Positions 1-8,598 are shown, counted from the stretch's first letter. The stretch is 64,000 nt of DNA from a virus (IMGVR_UViG_3300030376_006484:22151-86150), one strand, 5' to 3'. Numbers and translations are program-made. Notes: generated from the letters alone by a model not told the origin.

Positions 1-53
1 AACACAGTGACTACAAACGCCAACCATTTCTTCTTCGTTTTTATCTGTGTCAA

Positions 54-164
54 TCATTCTTCATCACCTCTACACGGACATTGACTAATCCAAGTCCCCT
101 TTACCATAATATAAGCACAGGGCATCTCGCACTCGGAGCATTCTCCACCAAAGAAAGCACTCAT
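54..164 (-). CDS. small Cys-rich protein (36 aa, MSAFFGGECSECEMPC...)
   Basis: Translated by hand; ATGA overlaps with neighbours; GGTGA RBS. Confidence 0.55.
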   Translation of the reverse strand: MSAFFGGECSECEMPCAYIMVKGTWISQCPCRGDEE

Positions 165-277
165 TGTTCATCACCCCGACTACCTGCCCAACCACAAGAA
201 TAACAGGAATAGTAATTCTTATCTTCGTGTTGTTCAGCCATCCCTTGACAACCTTTTCCTTTACATTTTATTTTCAT
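161..277 (-). CDS. small zinc-finger-like protein (38 aa, CxxxxC...CxxC)
   Basis: Translated by hand, MKIKCKGKGC...CYSCG; ATGA coupling. Confidence 0.55.
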   Translation of the reverse strand: MKIKCKGKGCQGMAEQHEDKNYYSCYSCGWAGSRGDEQ

Positions 278-450
278 ATTTTCATTCTCCTTATTGATAT
301 TTGATATGCTTTGTAGGGGCGCATACCTAGACCCGTTAGTTCTTTGTAGATTTCACTACGCTTTTCTTCTTGCTCCGCTTTACGATTCAAAAACACCGAC
401 TTGAATAAGTGCATTGATTCTTTACGAATTATGTCTTTCATATATTTCAT
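274..450 (-). CDS. hypothetical protein (58 aa)
   Basis: Translated by hand; coupled to the downstream ORF by ATGA. Confidence 0.5.
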   Translation of the reverse strand: MKYMKDIIRKESMHLFKSVFLNRKAEQEEKRSEIYKELTGLGMRPYKAYQISIRRMKI

Positions 451-633
451 ATTATCACTTTAAAAATTAAAATTCCCTAAGCCAATTAACCTAGAGGGAT
501 GGGGGAAGAGAAGGAGGAGAACGAATCCCCCTAGTCAAAAGATAGAAACACCAAACATGGAAGTAATGATAGAATTTTTCTCTTATTACGGACAAACCCC
601 AAACTCTTTCGTCGGATAAACCAACTATGAGTG

Positions 634-2067
634 TTACTGTGGACTAGGCCCACAATAAAATAAGTTTCGCTTCGCTCTTGTTATTGCAACATAGCAAATA
701 TTTCGTTCTTCTTGTGGATTAGTTGCTCTCGGATGAGGCATCCTTTCCGTAGCCAAAAGATATACATTATCGGCTTCAAGCCCTTTTGCTTTGTGGACTG
801 TGGACAACATAATGTCACCCTTACCATCGGAAGAAAAGACACGGTTAATCTCGTCAATAATTCCTTGAACACTGTTTGCTTTACCCACAAAAATACTCAA
901 ACAATTATACTTATCTTCTAGTGCAAGTGCTTGGTTCTTTTTCTCTTTCAAGAGTAGTCTTTCTGTCTCTTTACTAAAGTGCTGATTCAACAACAAATTA
1001 AACTCGGTAGAAGACATTCCCATATTCTTACGGGAAACCTTCTTCACATAGTTTGTTAGTCCCTTTGTCATGTCACGGCCTAGAATATAAGCCGACTTTC
1101 CATCAGCCAATAAACTATAGAACGCTGTAGCGAGAGGCGCATTATAGCGACACAAAACAATGTCGCCTTTGATTGGATTAAGGCTAGCGAATTCTTCTAC
1201 GCTACCTTCTTCCGCTTCATCTCGGCAAGTGAAATCCTTTACAAATCTGTTTGCTTCTTTTACAACAGATTTAGGACAACGCCATGTTACGCTAAGTGGG
1301 AATTTACTAACTCCTCTATTCGTCTTCCTTAGCAAGTCTTCAAAGATTTGCATACTAGAAGAATCGGCTCCTCGGAATCCGTAAATTGCTTGATTAGGGT
1401 CGCCTACTACAATACATCGGCCATCCGGCTCAACACTACGATAGATTAATTGTCGCTGTGCTTCATTGAAATCTTGTGCCTCATCAACAAACAATACATC
1501 ATACTTTTCCAACGGAAGATTGTTCACTAGAGGAATCCAAATCATATCATCAAAATCAATAGTTGAAGAATTCATACTCAACTTCATAATTTGAGGTAGA
1601 GCATCAAAAGCCAACACTTCATCATGGTCTGTCTCAAAGTTAATGTTGTAAGAATCAACCAACTTAGCGATTGACTTTCTATCGCTACCTTCAACCATAG
1701 CACCCTTCATCAAAGATACTAGTTTAGCCAAAGGCACTGCGAAATAATCCGCACCAAGAACCTTCTTGATAATGTTATATGTCTTGGACTTATCCATCTT
1801 AGTTCGCCCATTTTGCTTAATTGCTCGGAATCCCATTGAATGAAATGTCGCCGCATAAACATCTTCGGGAAGACGCTTACCAAGTGTTGTTGCAATACTC
1901 TTATTGAATGCTAAGAAAGCCATCTTACCCGACATTCTTTTTGCACCTTCTACAATAGTGAAGGTCTTACCAACACCTGCTCCTGCATCAACTACAACAT
2001 GGTTTTCACCATGTTCCATTTCAGCCCAAATGTCTTCTTGTTGTTGTGTGCCTACAATTACCATCAT
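634..2067 (-). CDS. UvrD/Rep-like superfamily 1 DNA helicase
   Basis: Walker A AGAGVGKT, LAFN, TFHS, DEAQD, VGDPNQAIYGFRGA, TWRCP, STVHKAKGLE, YVAITRAK. Confidence 0.93.
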   Translation of the reverse strand: MMVIVGTQQQEDIWAEMEHGENHVVVDAGAGVGKTFTIVEGAKRMSGKMAFLAFNKSIATTLGKRLPEDVYAATFHSMGFRAIKQNGRTKMDKSKTYNIIKKVLGADYFAVPLAKLVSLMKGAMVEGSDRKSIAKLVDSYNINFETDHDEVLAFDALPQIMKLSMNSSTIDFDDMIWIPLVNNLPLEKYDVLFVDEAQDFNEAQRQLIYRSVEPDGRCIVVGDPNQAIYGFRGADSSSMQIFEDLLRKTNRGVSKFPLSVTWRCPKSVVKEANRFVKDFTCRDEAEEGSVEEFASLNPIKGDIVLCRYNAPLATAFYSLLADGKSAYILGRDMTKGLTNYVKKVSRKNMGMSSTEFNLLLNQHFSKETERLLLKEKKNQALALEDKYNCLSIFVGKANSVQGIIDEINRVFSSDGKGDIMLSTVHKAKGLEADNVYLLATERMPHPRATNPQEERNICYVAITRAKRNLFYCGPSPQ

Positions 2068-2324
2068 TCAACACCCAACCCAATGTCATACATTTCTTTG
2101 TGTTCTAGAACATCAATCCATCCCTTATTTACAGGAGAATATAATTGCTTCTTGATTGAACCATCCTTCAAAATATAAAGGCAAATGAAACCCGACTCAT
2201 CTTGATAATTACATATCAAGGAATTATCCGGCCCCGCATACCACCTATCTTCAAATGTCCACCCTACTCCGCCTACAGCGAAGTGTCGTTCTTGCTTCTC
2301 GTTTATTTCTATTATTATTTGCAT
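2064..2324 (-). CDS. hypothetical protein (likely start ATG 2324)
   Basis: GGAGG RBS before ATG 2324; ATGA overlap with the helicase. Confidence 0.7.
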   Translation of the reverse strand: MQIIIEINEKQERHFAVGGVGWTFEDRWYAGPDNSLICNYQDESGFICLYILKDGSIKKQLYSPVNKGWIDVLEHKEMYDIGLGVE

Positions 2325-2499
2325 GTTTTTACCTCCTATCAAAGGTGAGAGTAGGGCCACACTAAATAAATTAGTGATTATCTTAAAAGGCTCCATAGCC
2401 CTACTCTCTGTCTCTAACGGATAAAACCCGATTGAGACACCTAGACCTCCCCATTTTGTTTATAAGGGGTTCCCCCCCATTTCGGGTTAAGGATATTGG

Positions 2500-2990
2500 A
2501 GAAAAAGTATAGCATTATCAAAATACCATTGAAGTAAATAGTACTAGCATTTTTACTACTTAGGTAAGACTAAACACCAATAGTATTTTTTTATGTAAAA
2601 TATTGTTATCTTAATTATTATCATATTATTCTCTATTCGTAAACGAAGCACTGCTCCATAATTCTCATTATTCTCATTTTTCTCTAGGGGTGTCAATTTC
2701 TCGCACCCCATATGAGAATAATGATAAAGATGAGAATTTGAAAAATGCTCTTTAGATATATGATAATAATGATAATATGATAATAATATATTAAAATATA
2801 CTTATTTTCTTCAAAAAGACACTTTTTGCCCATTTATTATTCTCACTTCGGATGAGAATAACATGAGAAACTCAAAATTCCACACATATATGTTATATAC
2901 ATAAGACCAATTGAAAACCTGTAAAACAATATCAAGAAATAACAAACACAATAAAAAGGAGAGTTATGAAGGAAGGATAGATATGTGATT
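2500..2990. other. AT-rich non-coding region with ATGAGAAT/ATTCTCA repeats; candidate replication origin
   Basis: No ORF; lies between divergent units; several copies of the short repeat in both orientations flanking a very AT-rich tract at about 2755-2810. Confidence 0.45.
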
Positions 2991-3097
2991 TAGGTATTAT
3001 GCGTAAGACGCTTTGTAGATGAGCATTAAATACCCTACCATGAATCTTGGTTGTCTTAGCCCACCACACACGGATAGATAAGGAAAAGGTGACGACC

Positions 3098-3622
3098 ATG
3101 ACAAAAGGAAAGAAAAACGAAACAAAAACAAGCGAAGCGGCTCAAGCCGTGGATTATTCAAAATACACCGCCCGATTGGGTGACATTCAAGGAGTCCTTG
3201 AAAAGGCTCCAAACGCCAAACTTCAAATGGCGGTGGATGACATTAATGGGGCTATTGAAGCGCAACTTGATGAGAAATTGTGCATTCAACTAATTGGTGC
3301 ATTGAAAACCTACATTCAACTTGAAGGTGAAGCGGGAGCAATCTACGCCGACGCTATGCCTCAACGACTACGCTCAAGCGACCCACTCGCTCAAGCACAC
3401 TATACACGAATTGATGACGAATTGAACACATTGATGAACGACAACGCACCACTTCTTGAAGTGATGTTTAGTCTAAAAATCGGTATGCGAGTTAAAGAAG
3501 GAGAAGAACCCACCATTGACGACTACCGTTCAACACTACGAAAGAAGAATAGAGCCGTGAACAAATACAACAAAACCACTTCAACTACTGCTCAACCAAC
3601 GGGGGACTCAAGCGAGGCGTGA
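3098..3622 (+). CDS. putative early protein, distant paralog of 6484-6999
   Basis: AAGGTGA RBS before ATG 3098; shared T.RL..L.K..N..MAV.D..D.KL..L.A..T...L.G pattern. Confidence 0.8.
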   Translation: MTKGKKNETKTSEAAQAVDYSKYTARLGDIQGVLEKAPNAKLQMAVDDINGAIEAQLDEKLCIQLIGALKTYIQLEGEAGAIYADAMPQRLRSSDPLAQAHYTRIDDELNTLMNDNAPLLEVMFSLKIGMRVKEGEEPTIDDYRSTLRKKNRAVNKYNKTTSTTAQPTGDSSEA

Positions 3623-3685
3623 AGCCCCGCTAACCCATGAAAATTAACCCTTAAGCCGTGTGTGGTGGGTTAAGGCTCCATTTAT

Positions 3686-3704
3686 GGCCCCCCTTACGGG
3701 GGGC
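3686..3704 (+). terminator. GC hairpin GCCCCCC-TTAC-GGGGGGC
   Basis: Perfect stem downstream of 3098-3622. Confidence 0.55.
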
Positions 3705-3733
3705 TTAAGTGGGGTTGTGTCTTGTCATTACCC

Positions 3734-3777
3734 CAAAGATTATCATTAAGCGACACAACCATATGGTATGTACTTTG
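3734..3777. repeat. palindromic element copy 1 (CAAAG..ACCATATGGT..ACTTTG)
   Basis: Core ACCATATGGT at 3758-3767. Confidence 0.8.
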
Positions 3778-3814
3778 AACATACCCCACTTGAACCAAAT
3801 GAAAATAATAGGCT

Positions 3815-4123
3815 ATGAGAGTAAATTTCAGCCTAGAAGAATTGAATGCAGAAGAAGTAAGAGTAAACTACCAAACTAATTTAAGCGGTAGAGCGATGAA
3901 CATAAGGACGACTTATGTTTATAGTTCCGAAGAAGATTATTGGGCGGCATACGACCTATTAGCAAAGCATAAACTAACTAGTGGATTCCAATTCCACTTT
4001 GACCAACGAAACGACACGAATGCAATAGTGACCGTAACAGAAGTTTCATTAGAATGGTACAGAAAAGAACAAAAACGAAAACAAGAACAGGGGGATTCAC
4101 TGAGTAGTGAAACCAATGAGTAA
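3815..4123 (+). CDS. hypothetical protein
   Basis: 102-aa ORF; first gene after palindrome copy 1. Confidence 0.7.
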   Translation: MRVNFSLEELNAEEVRVNYQTNLSGRAMNIRTTYVYSSEEDYWAAYDLLAKHKLTSGFQFHFDQRNDTNAIVTVTEVSLEWYRKEQKRKQEQGDSLSSETNE

Positions 4124-4229
4124 AATAAACCCATATCTAGACATATGGGATTTTTTTACTGTTGAATCGTCCACTACCCCCACAACTACAAAGACGATAA
4201 CAATTAAAACAATCAAACAAGAGGAATAA
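4116..4229 (+). CDS. hypothetical protein (37 aa)
   Basis: Translated by hand; fills the operon gap. Confidence 0.45.
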   Translation: MSKINPYLDIWDFFTVESSTTPTTTKTITIKTIKQEE

Positions 4230-4231
4230 AA

Positions 4232-4372
4232 ATGTATAAAATAATTAGATTTAGATTTAACGGGCCAAACCGTACAATACAAAGAGGATTAACGCTAGAA
4301 GAAGCACAAGCCCACTGTCAAAGAGAAGATACTCACGGAGACGGTTGGTTTGACGGATATGCGGAGGAATAA
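4232..4372 (+). CDS. small phage-type protein (46 aa, YKIIRF...GLTLEEAQAHC...WFDGY)
   Basis: Translated by hand; GAGG RBS; resembles a small protein I recall from other phages (not searched). Confidence 0.7.
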   Translation: MYKIIRFRFNGPNRTIQRGLTLEEAQAHCQREDTHGDGWFDGYAEE

Positions 4373-4374
4373 AA

Positions 4375-4536
4375 ATGAACAAAAAAATAGAAGCAACACT
4401 ATACAAACTATTAGATTATGTCACTAGGACACTAAGGTATTACAGTATTAATGATGACCATTGGAAGGTAGCACTTAGCCTAACAAGACATACTGCGAGA
4501 GAACTAATCGCATTAGTGGAGAGTGAAGAAGAATGA
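4375..4536 (+). CDS. hypothetical protein (53 aa)
   Basis: GGAGG RBS; ATGA overlap with the next ORF. Confidence 0.6.
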   Translation: MNKKIEATLYKLLDYVTRTLRYYSINDDHWKVALSLTRHTARELIALVESEEE

Positions 4537-4934
4537 CTAGATTTCTAACACACAAAGAATTTATGGAAATGACTGACCATTGGAGTTACACAGAAAAAAT
4601 AGCATTCCTATTAGAGGATAGCGAGGTTTTAGATTCTATTCTAAAACACATAGAATGCTCATGGAATGGTCGCTACACAATCATTAATCGTGAAACTAAT
4701 GAAGCGGAAAAGGAAGACATTTACCATGTTACAAAGGAAGAGGTTAAGATTCAAGAAGAGATGAACAAAAACAAGGAGGTTATGCTCAATGGATTTAAAC
4801 AACAATTGCATAGTTTATATTCCTGCCTTGAACGAGTTGATGATGATGCGGCATTTGAGTGGGCAACGAAGAATGTAGGCGAAGATGATATGTGGATTGT
4901 TAGAGGGACAGGAAGGAGATGGTTGAATGATTAA
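4533..4934 (+). CDS. hypothetical protein
   Basis: 133-aa ORF, translationally coupled. Confidence 0.7.
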   Translation: MTRFLTHKEFMEMTDHWSYTEKIAFLLEDSEVLDSILKHIECSWNGRYTIINRETNEAEKEDIYHVTKEEVKIQEEMNKNKEVMLNGFKQQLHSLYSCLERVDDDAAFEWATKNVGEDDMWIVRGTGRRWLND

Positions 4935-5166
4935 CACAGACAAATACGAAAAATACAAACCCACACAAGCCAACTACCAAACAAGCGAGAGGTACATCAA
5001 GGAACTGCTAACAGAAGTCATGCGGTTGCGTGGGATATTGGGCGACATTATAGCCATAGATGAATGGGGCGGAGATGGTAAAGATGTTGGTATCACCATC
5101 ACATGGTACGGAGATTATACTTTCAGTGGATGGTTAAACAAAGTTTACGATGGGGTGACTGAATGA
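4927..5166 (+). CDS. hypothetical protein
   Basis: 79-aa ORF with GGAG RBS. Confidence 0.65.
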   Translation: MINTDKYEKYKPTQANYQTSERYIKELLTEVMRLRGILGDIIAIDEWGGDGKDVGITITWYGDYTFSGWLNKVYDGVTE

Positions 5167-5390
5167 TTGACACAAACAACAATAGACACAATTTAAAGAT
5201 TAGAATAGAGACAGAGGAATGTGTCTTTGAAGAGTATTGGGAGGCTTAATCTTGGCTGAAATACAGACTCCACAGGGAACTGCGACCCTGTTATATATCG
5301 CAGAAAGTGACGGAAATATTGAGATAGTCTTCTTAATAGACTAATTAATATCCCCTTTAGTCGGCTTTTTAGCCGATTATCGGGGTATCC

Positions 5391-5424
5391 CAAAGTAATA
5401 CCATATGGTTGTACTGATACTTTG
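5391..5424. repeat. palindromic element copy 2
   Basis: CAAAGT-AAT-ACCATATGGT-...-ACTTTG. Confidence 0.8.
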
Positions 5425-5476
5425 ACAGAAGTAAAAAACCCTAAGAGGGGCCATAAGACCCCCCTTAAGATAATTA

Positions 5477-5566
5477 TTAATCCTCTTTAGGATTACAAAC
5501 CTTACAAGATTTTAAACCTACATGACCTGCTAGGTCACACACTTTTGTAACTGATTCTACTCGCAT
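5477..5566 (-). CDS. 29-aa Cys/His micro-protein MRVESVTKVCDLAGHVGLKSCKVCNPKED
   Basis: Translated by hand; AAGGAG RBS; C-x4-H-x5-C-x2-C; hairpin plus T-run downstream. Confidence 0.55.
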   Translation of the reverse strand: MRVESVTKVCDLAGHVGLKSCKVCNPKED

Positions 5567-5823
5567 TTTAATTTCTCCTTATGATATGTTGAATGGGATA
5601 CCCTCACTGACCGCCTTCTTTCTTTAATTGACCATTTGGTGCGCCTGTATTTACTAAGTGTTCTTGGGCTAACATTGTCTAGAATATTGCTTTCTCTCTT
5701 TTGTTCGTACTTCGGTTCTTTAGGTGCTTTCTTCGTCGCTATTGGGTTCTTTTCGGAAGGTGATTAACTAGTACTCGCCTTCTTACACCCAACTAAACTC
5801 TATTCGTTTAGATAAGGTAGCCA

Positions 5824-5852
5824 CAAAGTTACTACCATATGGTTTGGCTTTG
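5824..5852. repeat. palindromic element copy 3
   Basis: CAAAGTTACTACCATATGGTTTGGCTTTG. Confidence 0.85.
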
Positions 5853-5889
5853 ATGAACCCCGAAGGGGGCTTTCGCCTAATATTTTCTC

Positions 5890-6180
5890 TTATTCAACCT
5901 TGATAAGTGAACCGTTCCACAATTCACCATTTAAGAACCATTCAAAATTTTTCTGCACGATATGAACATTAGGAAGGCCGTTCAAGCGTTCCTTTGTGGT
6001 TGTGGTTGCATGTCCTGCCGAAGTAATCAATAAGCCCTCACCTTCAGCATAAAGAGCAATTGTATTTTCAAAAAGCGTAAGGTAGGTTATACCCGACCGT
6101 GTATATACTTCGGTATTCCCTCGCTTGAATTTTTCTCTATTCCTAAAAGCCCGTATTGCGTCCCTTGTTATTTTTCGCAT
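5890..6180 (-). CDS. phage-type hypothetical protein (MRKIT...TTTKERLNGL)
   Basis: GAGGTGA RBS before ATG 6180; resembles a family I recall from phages. Confidence 0.8.
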   Translation of the reverse strand: MRKITRDAIRAFRNREKFKRGNTEVYTRSGITYLTLFENTIALYAEGEGLLITSAGHATTTTKERLNGLPNVHIVQKNFEWFLNGELWNGSLIKVE

Positions 6181-6363
6181 CTTATTCACCTCTATTACTT
6201 TTGCAAATAGCACAATTCTTTAAATTAAACACATGGTTGAATTGGGTGCAGTTAGTCGTAACTATACCATAATATTTAGCCATTATTTTTATTTCTTCAA
6301 TATTTTTCATTTTTATCTCTCCGATTACCTAAATGAATTAGTATTCCTTAGATAGGGTATGAA

Positions 6364-6392
6364 CAAAGTACCTACCATATGGTTGCACTTTG
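6364..6392. repeat. palindromic element copy 4
   Basis: CAAAGTACCTACCATATGGTTGCACTTTG. Confidence 0.85.
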
Positions 6393-6483
6393 ATGCACAC
6401 CTTATGACTCCCATAAAGGGAGCCATAATGGAGCCTAGCGGGGAAGTTAGACTGACTAATAATTTCTAAGGAGCCTTAGCCCC

Positions 6484-6999
6484 TCAGTTGTCCTCCTGTA
6501 CGGTTTCGTTTGATTCGTTAATGTGTGACTCGTAGTTGGTCGTTAGACTTTCCAACTGTCCGTCCCAAACCTTGTTCTTGAAGTCATCTTCAAGTCGGCG
6601 TGTGGTAGAGTTGTAAAGGAAATCAACAAGGGTTTCCTCTGTGTAGTAAATGATGTTCTCTTTGTTCTTCTTTCGGAAAAGATACACTAGAGCGTCGGGG
6701 TTGTGGGTTAGACCTGCGACAACAAAGGAAGTAATGCTGTCCTTAATTGCAGTAAAGGCAGGACTTAGTGCGTTGTTTGCATCTCGCTGTCCCGACTTAG
6801 GCAAGTAATCTGCGTACCCATGAAGGGTTGCAGTAGTACGACAAGCCGCATACAATGATGCTCGTAGTTTGTCGTCAATTGTGGTTAAAAGACAGTCCTC
6901 AACGGCCATTACGACTCGTTGGTTTGCATCCTTACCTTCTTTCTTCAATTGAGCCGATAGTGGCTCTAGTCTGTTCGTTATTCGTTCTAAATTTGACAT
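6484..6999 (-). CDS. putative early protein, distant paralog of 3098-3622
   Basis: AAGGTGA RBS; similar length (171 vs 174 aa) and N-terminal motif pattern. Confidence 0.8.
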   Translation of the reverse strand: MSNLERITNRLEPLSAQLKKEGKDANQRVVMAVEDCLLTTIDDKLRASLYAACRTTATLHGYADYLPKSGQRDANNALSPAFTAIKDSITSFVVAGLTHNPDALVYLFRKKNKENIIYYTEETLVDFLYNSTTRRLEDDFKNKVWDGQLESLTTNYESHINESNETVQEDN

Positions 7000-7076
7000 G
7001 ATATTTCACCTTCCGTCTGTGCTAACTTCCCCGTTAGACACCCAAGTAATCGTATACTATTCATAGGGTTGTAGCC

Positions 7077-7101
7077 CAAAGTACTACAACCATATGCTTT
7101 G
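7077..7101. repeat. palindromic element copy 5 (degenerate)
   Basis: CAAAGTACTACAACCATATGCTTTG. Confidence 0.7.
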
Positions 7102-7292
7102 CATCCAATTTTTATTTTTATTTATTACTGTTTTACGGTATTAAAAGTACTATTTCCGGTAATAAACGGCCTATTTGCATACTATTAATACTATTTTAGT
7201 AATACTATTACCACTATTCGGGGTAGTTTCGCCCCCGTACAATTTGGGTTAAGGTTATATCTTGATGGCCTCTGCGTCTATTTAGTGACGGC

Positions 7293-7499
7293 ATGACTAA
7301 CACGGCAGAAATGTTACAGTTATTCTTAGAGATTAAAACAGAGTTACAAGAAGTTATTAGTAGACTTAACAATAAGAAAGATACAATAGATAGTGAAATA
7401 CTAGTTAGAATAGTTAAAGATATTAATAAGTTAAAGACAATGATAACACAAATACAAGAAGAACGCAGTCCAAAACAAAAACAATTAGGAGATTATTAG
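7293..7499 (+). CDS. coiled-coil hypothetical protein
   Basis: 68-aa ORF; TATA-like GTTATATC upstream. Confidence 0.6.
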   Translation: MTNTAEMLQLFLEIKTELQEVISRLNNKKDTIDSEILVRIVKDINKLKTMITQIQEERSPKQKQLGDY

Positions 7500-7607
7500 A
7501 ATAAATAGTATTAATTTTATCCTGTAAATACATTAAATAGTAATAAAAAAGGCGGTATAGTGATAAAAAAATTCGGCGTAATTTTTGAAATATTTTTAGG
7601 TGGTATT

Positions 7608-7862
7608 ATGTGGAAAGACGAGATTAAAAAACAGGACTATAATGAAGACGACTTCTTTATGACGGAAGAAGCAGTTGAGGGGAAAGTTGGAGAAAAAATA
7701 CAGGAAATGTATAGTATGGCGGAAGAACTATCTAAAATGCAGAACATTTTGAGTAGCCCTGACTTTCAACGAGGTTTTCCAAAGTATTCATTGAAAGAAA
7801 TTGAGAAGGCTGTAAAGGGGTTAGGTATGGCCGTTAGTGTTATGGAGAGTTTTCCTTCGTGA
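7608..7862 (+). CDS. W-leader protein (MWKDEIKK)
   Basis: AGGTGG RBS before ATG 7608. Confidence 0.7.
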   Translation: MWKDEIKKQDYNEDDFFMTEEAVEGKVGEKIQEMYSMAEELSKMQNILSSPDFQRGFPKYSLKEIEKAVKGLGMAVSVMESFPS

Positions 7863-7892
7863 GCAAAATTATGAGAAATTTTAGGTGATATT

Positions 7893-8156
7893 ATGACATG
7901 GAAAAACAACATTAGAAAAGAAAGTCCTTTGGATGAAAGAGCAGGTTTAGCCGATAACGAAGGTAGAGAAGTTCCTCCAACAGAAGAAGACAAAGAGGTT
8001 CATTCCTACTTAAATGAGATATTAGGAGAATTATCAAGAGAAATGCGTGACATTCCTGTAAGATTTTCAGGAGATAGTGACTTATTAGAAGAGGCTATTA
8101 AACATATTGAAAGGGCTATTTATGCTATTCAAAGAGCCAAAAGAAGGATGAGGTGA
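7893..8156 (+). CDS. W-leader protein (MTWKNNIRK)
   Basis: AGGTGA RBS; leader motif. Confidence 0.75.
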   Translation: MTWKNNIRKESPLDERAGLADNEGREVPPTEEDKEVHSYLNEILGELSREMRDIPVRFSGDSDLLEEAIKHIERAIYAIQRAKRRMR

Positions 8157-8161
8157 TTATT

Positions 8162-8428
8162 ATGACTTGGAAAGATGAAATACAGAAAGAAATGCCTAAA
8201 GGAGAAGGCGGAAAACATAAGCGTATGGGAGAATTATTGGGCGGTATGGGTATGAGAATTACTTTTGATGCTATTACCCAAAAAGAACGACACTACAAAA
8301 GAATAAAAAGTGACGAGGCACAAACTTTGTCTAATTTTTTAAATGAGGCTAAAGATGCCGCATTAGAACTAATAATGAAAATTAATGATGCAAATAAATA
8401 TTATGAAGTAAATAAAGATGCGCTTTGA
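8162..8428 (+). CDS. W-leader protein (MTWKDEIQK)
   Basis: GAGGTGA RBS; leader motif. Confidence 0.75.
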   Translation: MTWKDEIQKEMPKGEGGKHKRMGELLGGMGMRITFDAITQKERHYKRIKSDEAQTLSNFLNEAKDAALELIMKINDANKYYEVNKDAL

Positions 8429-8448
8429 TAGAAAAAAAGGTGATTATT

Positions 8449-8598
8449 ATGACATGGAAAGATAGGATTAAGAAGAAGGAAAGCGAATGTCCCGAATGCG
8501 GTAAGAAAAAAGATTTGGAATTTAGAATTCTTTCAAGAGACAATTACGGTGTAATGTGTAAAGACTGTTATCGTGACAAATCAGTAGCAGGTAAGTGA
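8449..8598 (+). CDS. W-leader zinc-finger protein (49 aa, MTWKDRIKK..CPEC..CKDC)
   Basis: Translated by hand (absent from the ORF track); AGGTGA RBS. Confidence 0.7.
   Translation: MTWKDRIKKKESECPECGKKKDLEFRILSRDNYGVMCKDCYRDKSVAGK

Noticed and set aside
3053-3676. Inverted repeats as IS/MITE ends or retron a1/a2 arms
   Set aside because: No transposase, target-site duplication or reverse transcriptase in the window; the G-U pattern favours mRNA pairing.
5193-5393. 66-aa minus-strand ORF
   Set aside because: TTG start inside palindrome 2, overlaps a terminator hairpin, no RBS; a short antisense transcript remains possible.
3734-7101. Palindromic repeats as a CRISPR array
   Set aside because: Spacing is about 430-1640 bp, irregular and gene-containing; the only Cas-like gene is a stand-alone Cas4-like nuclease in the replication block.
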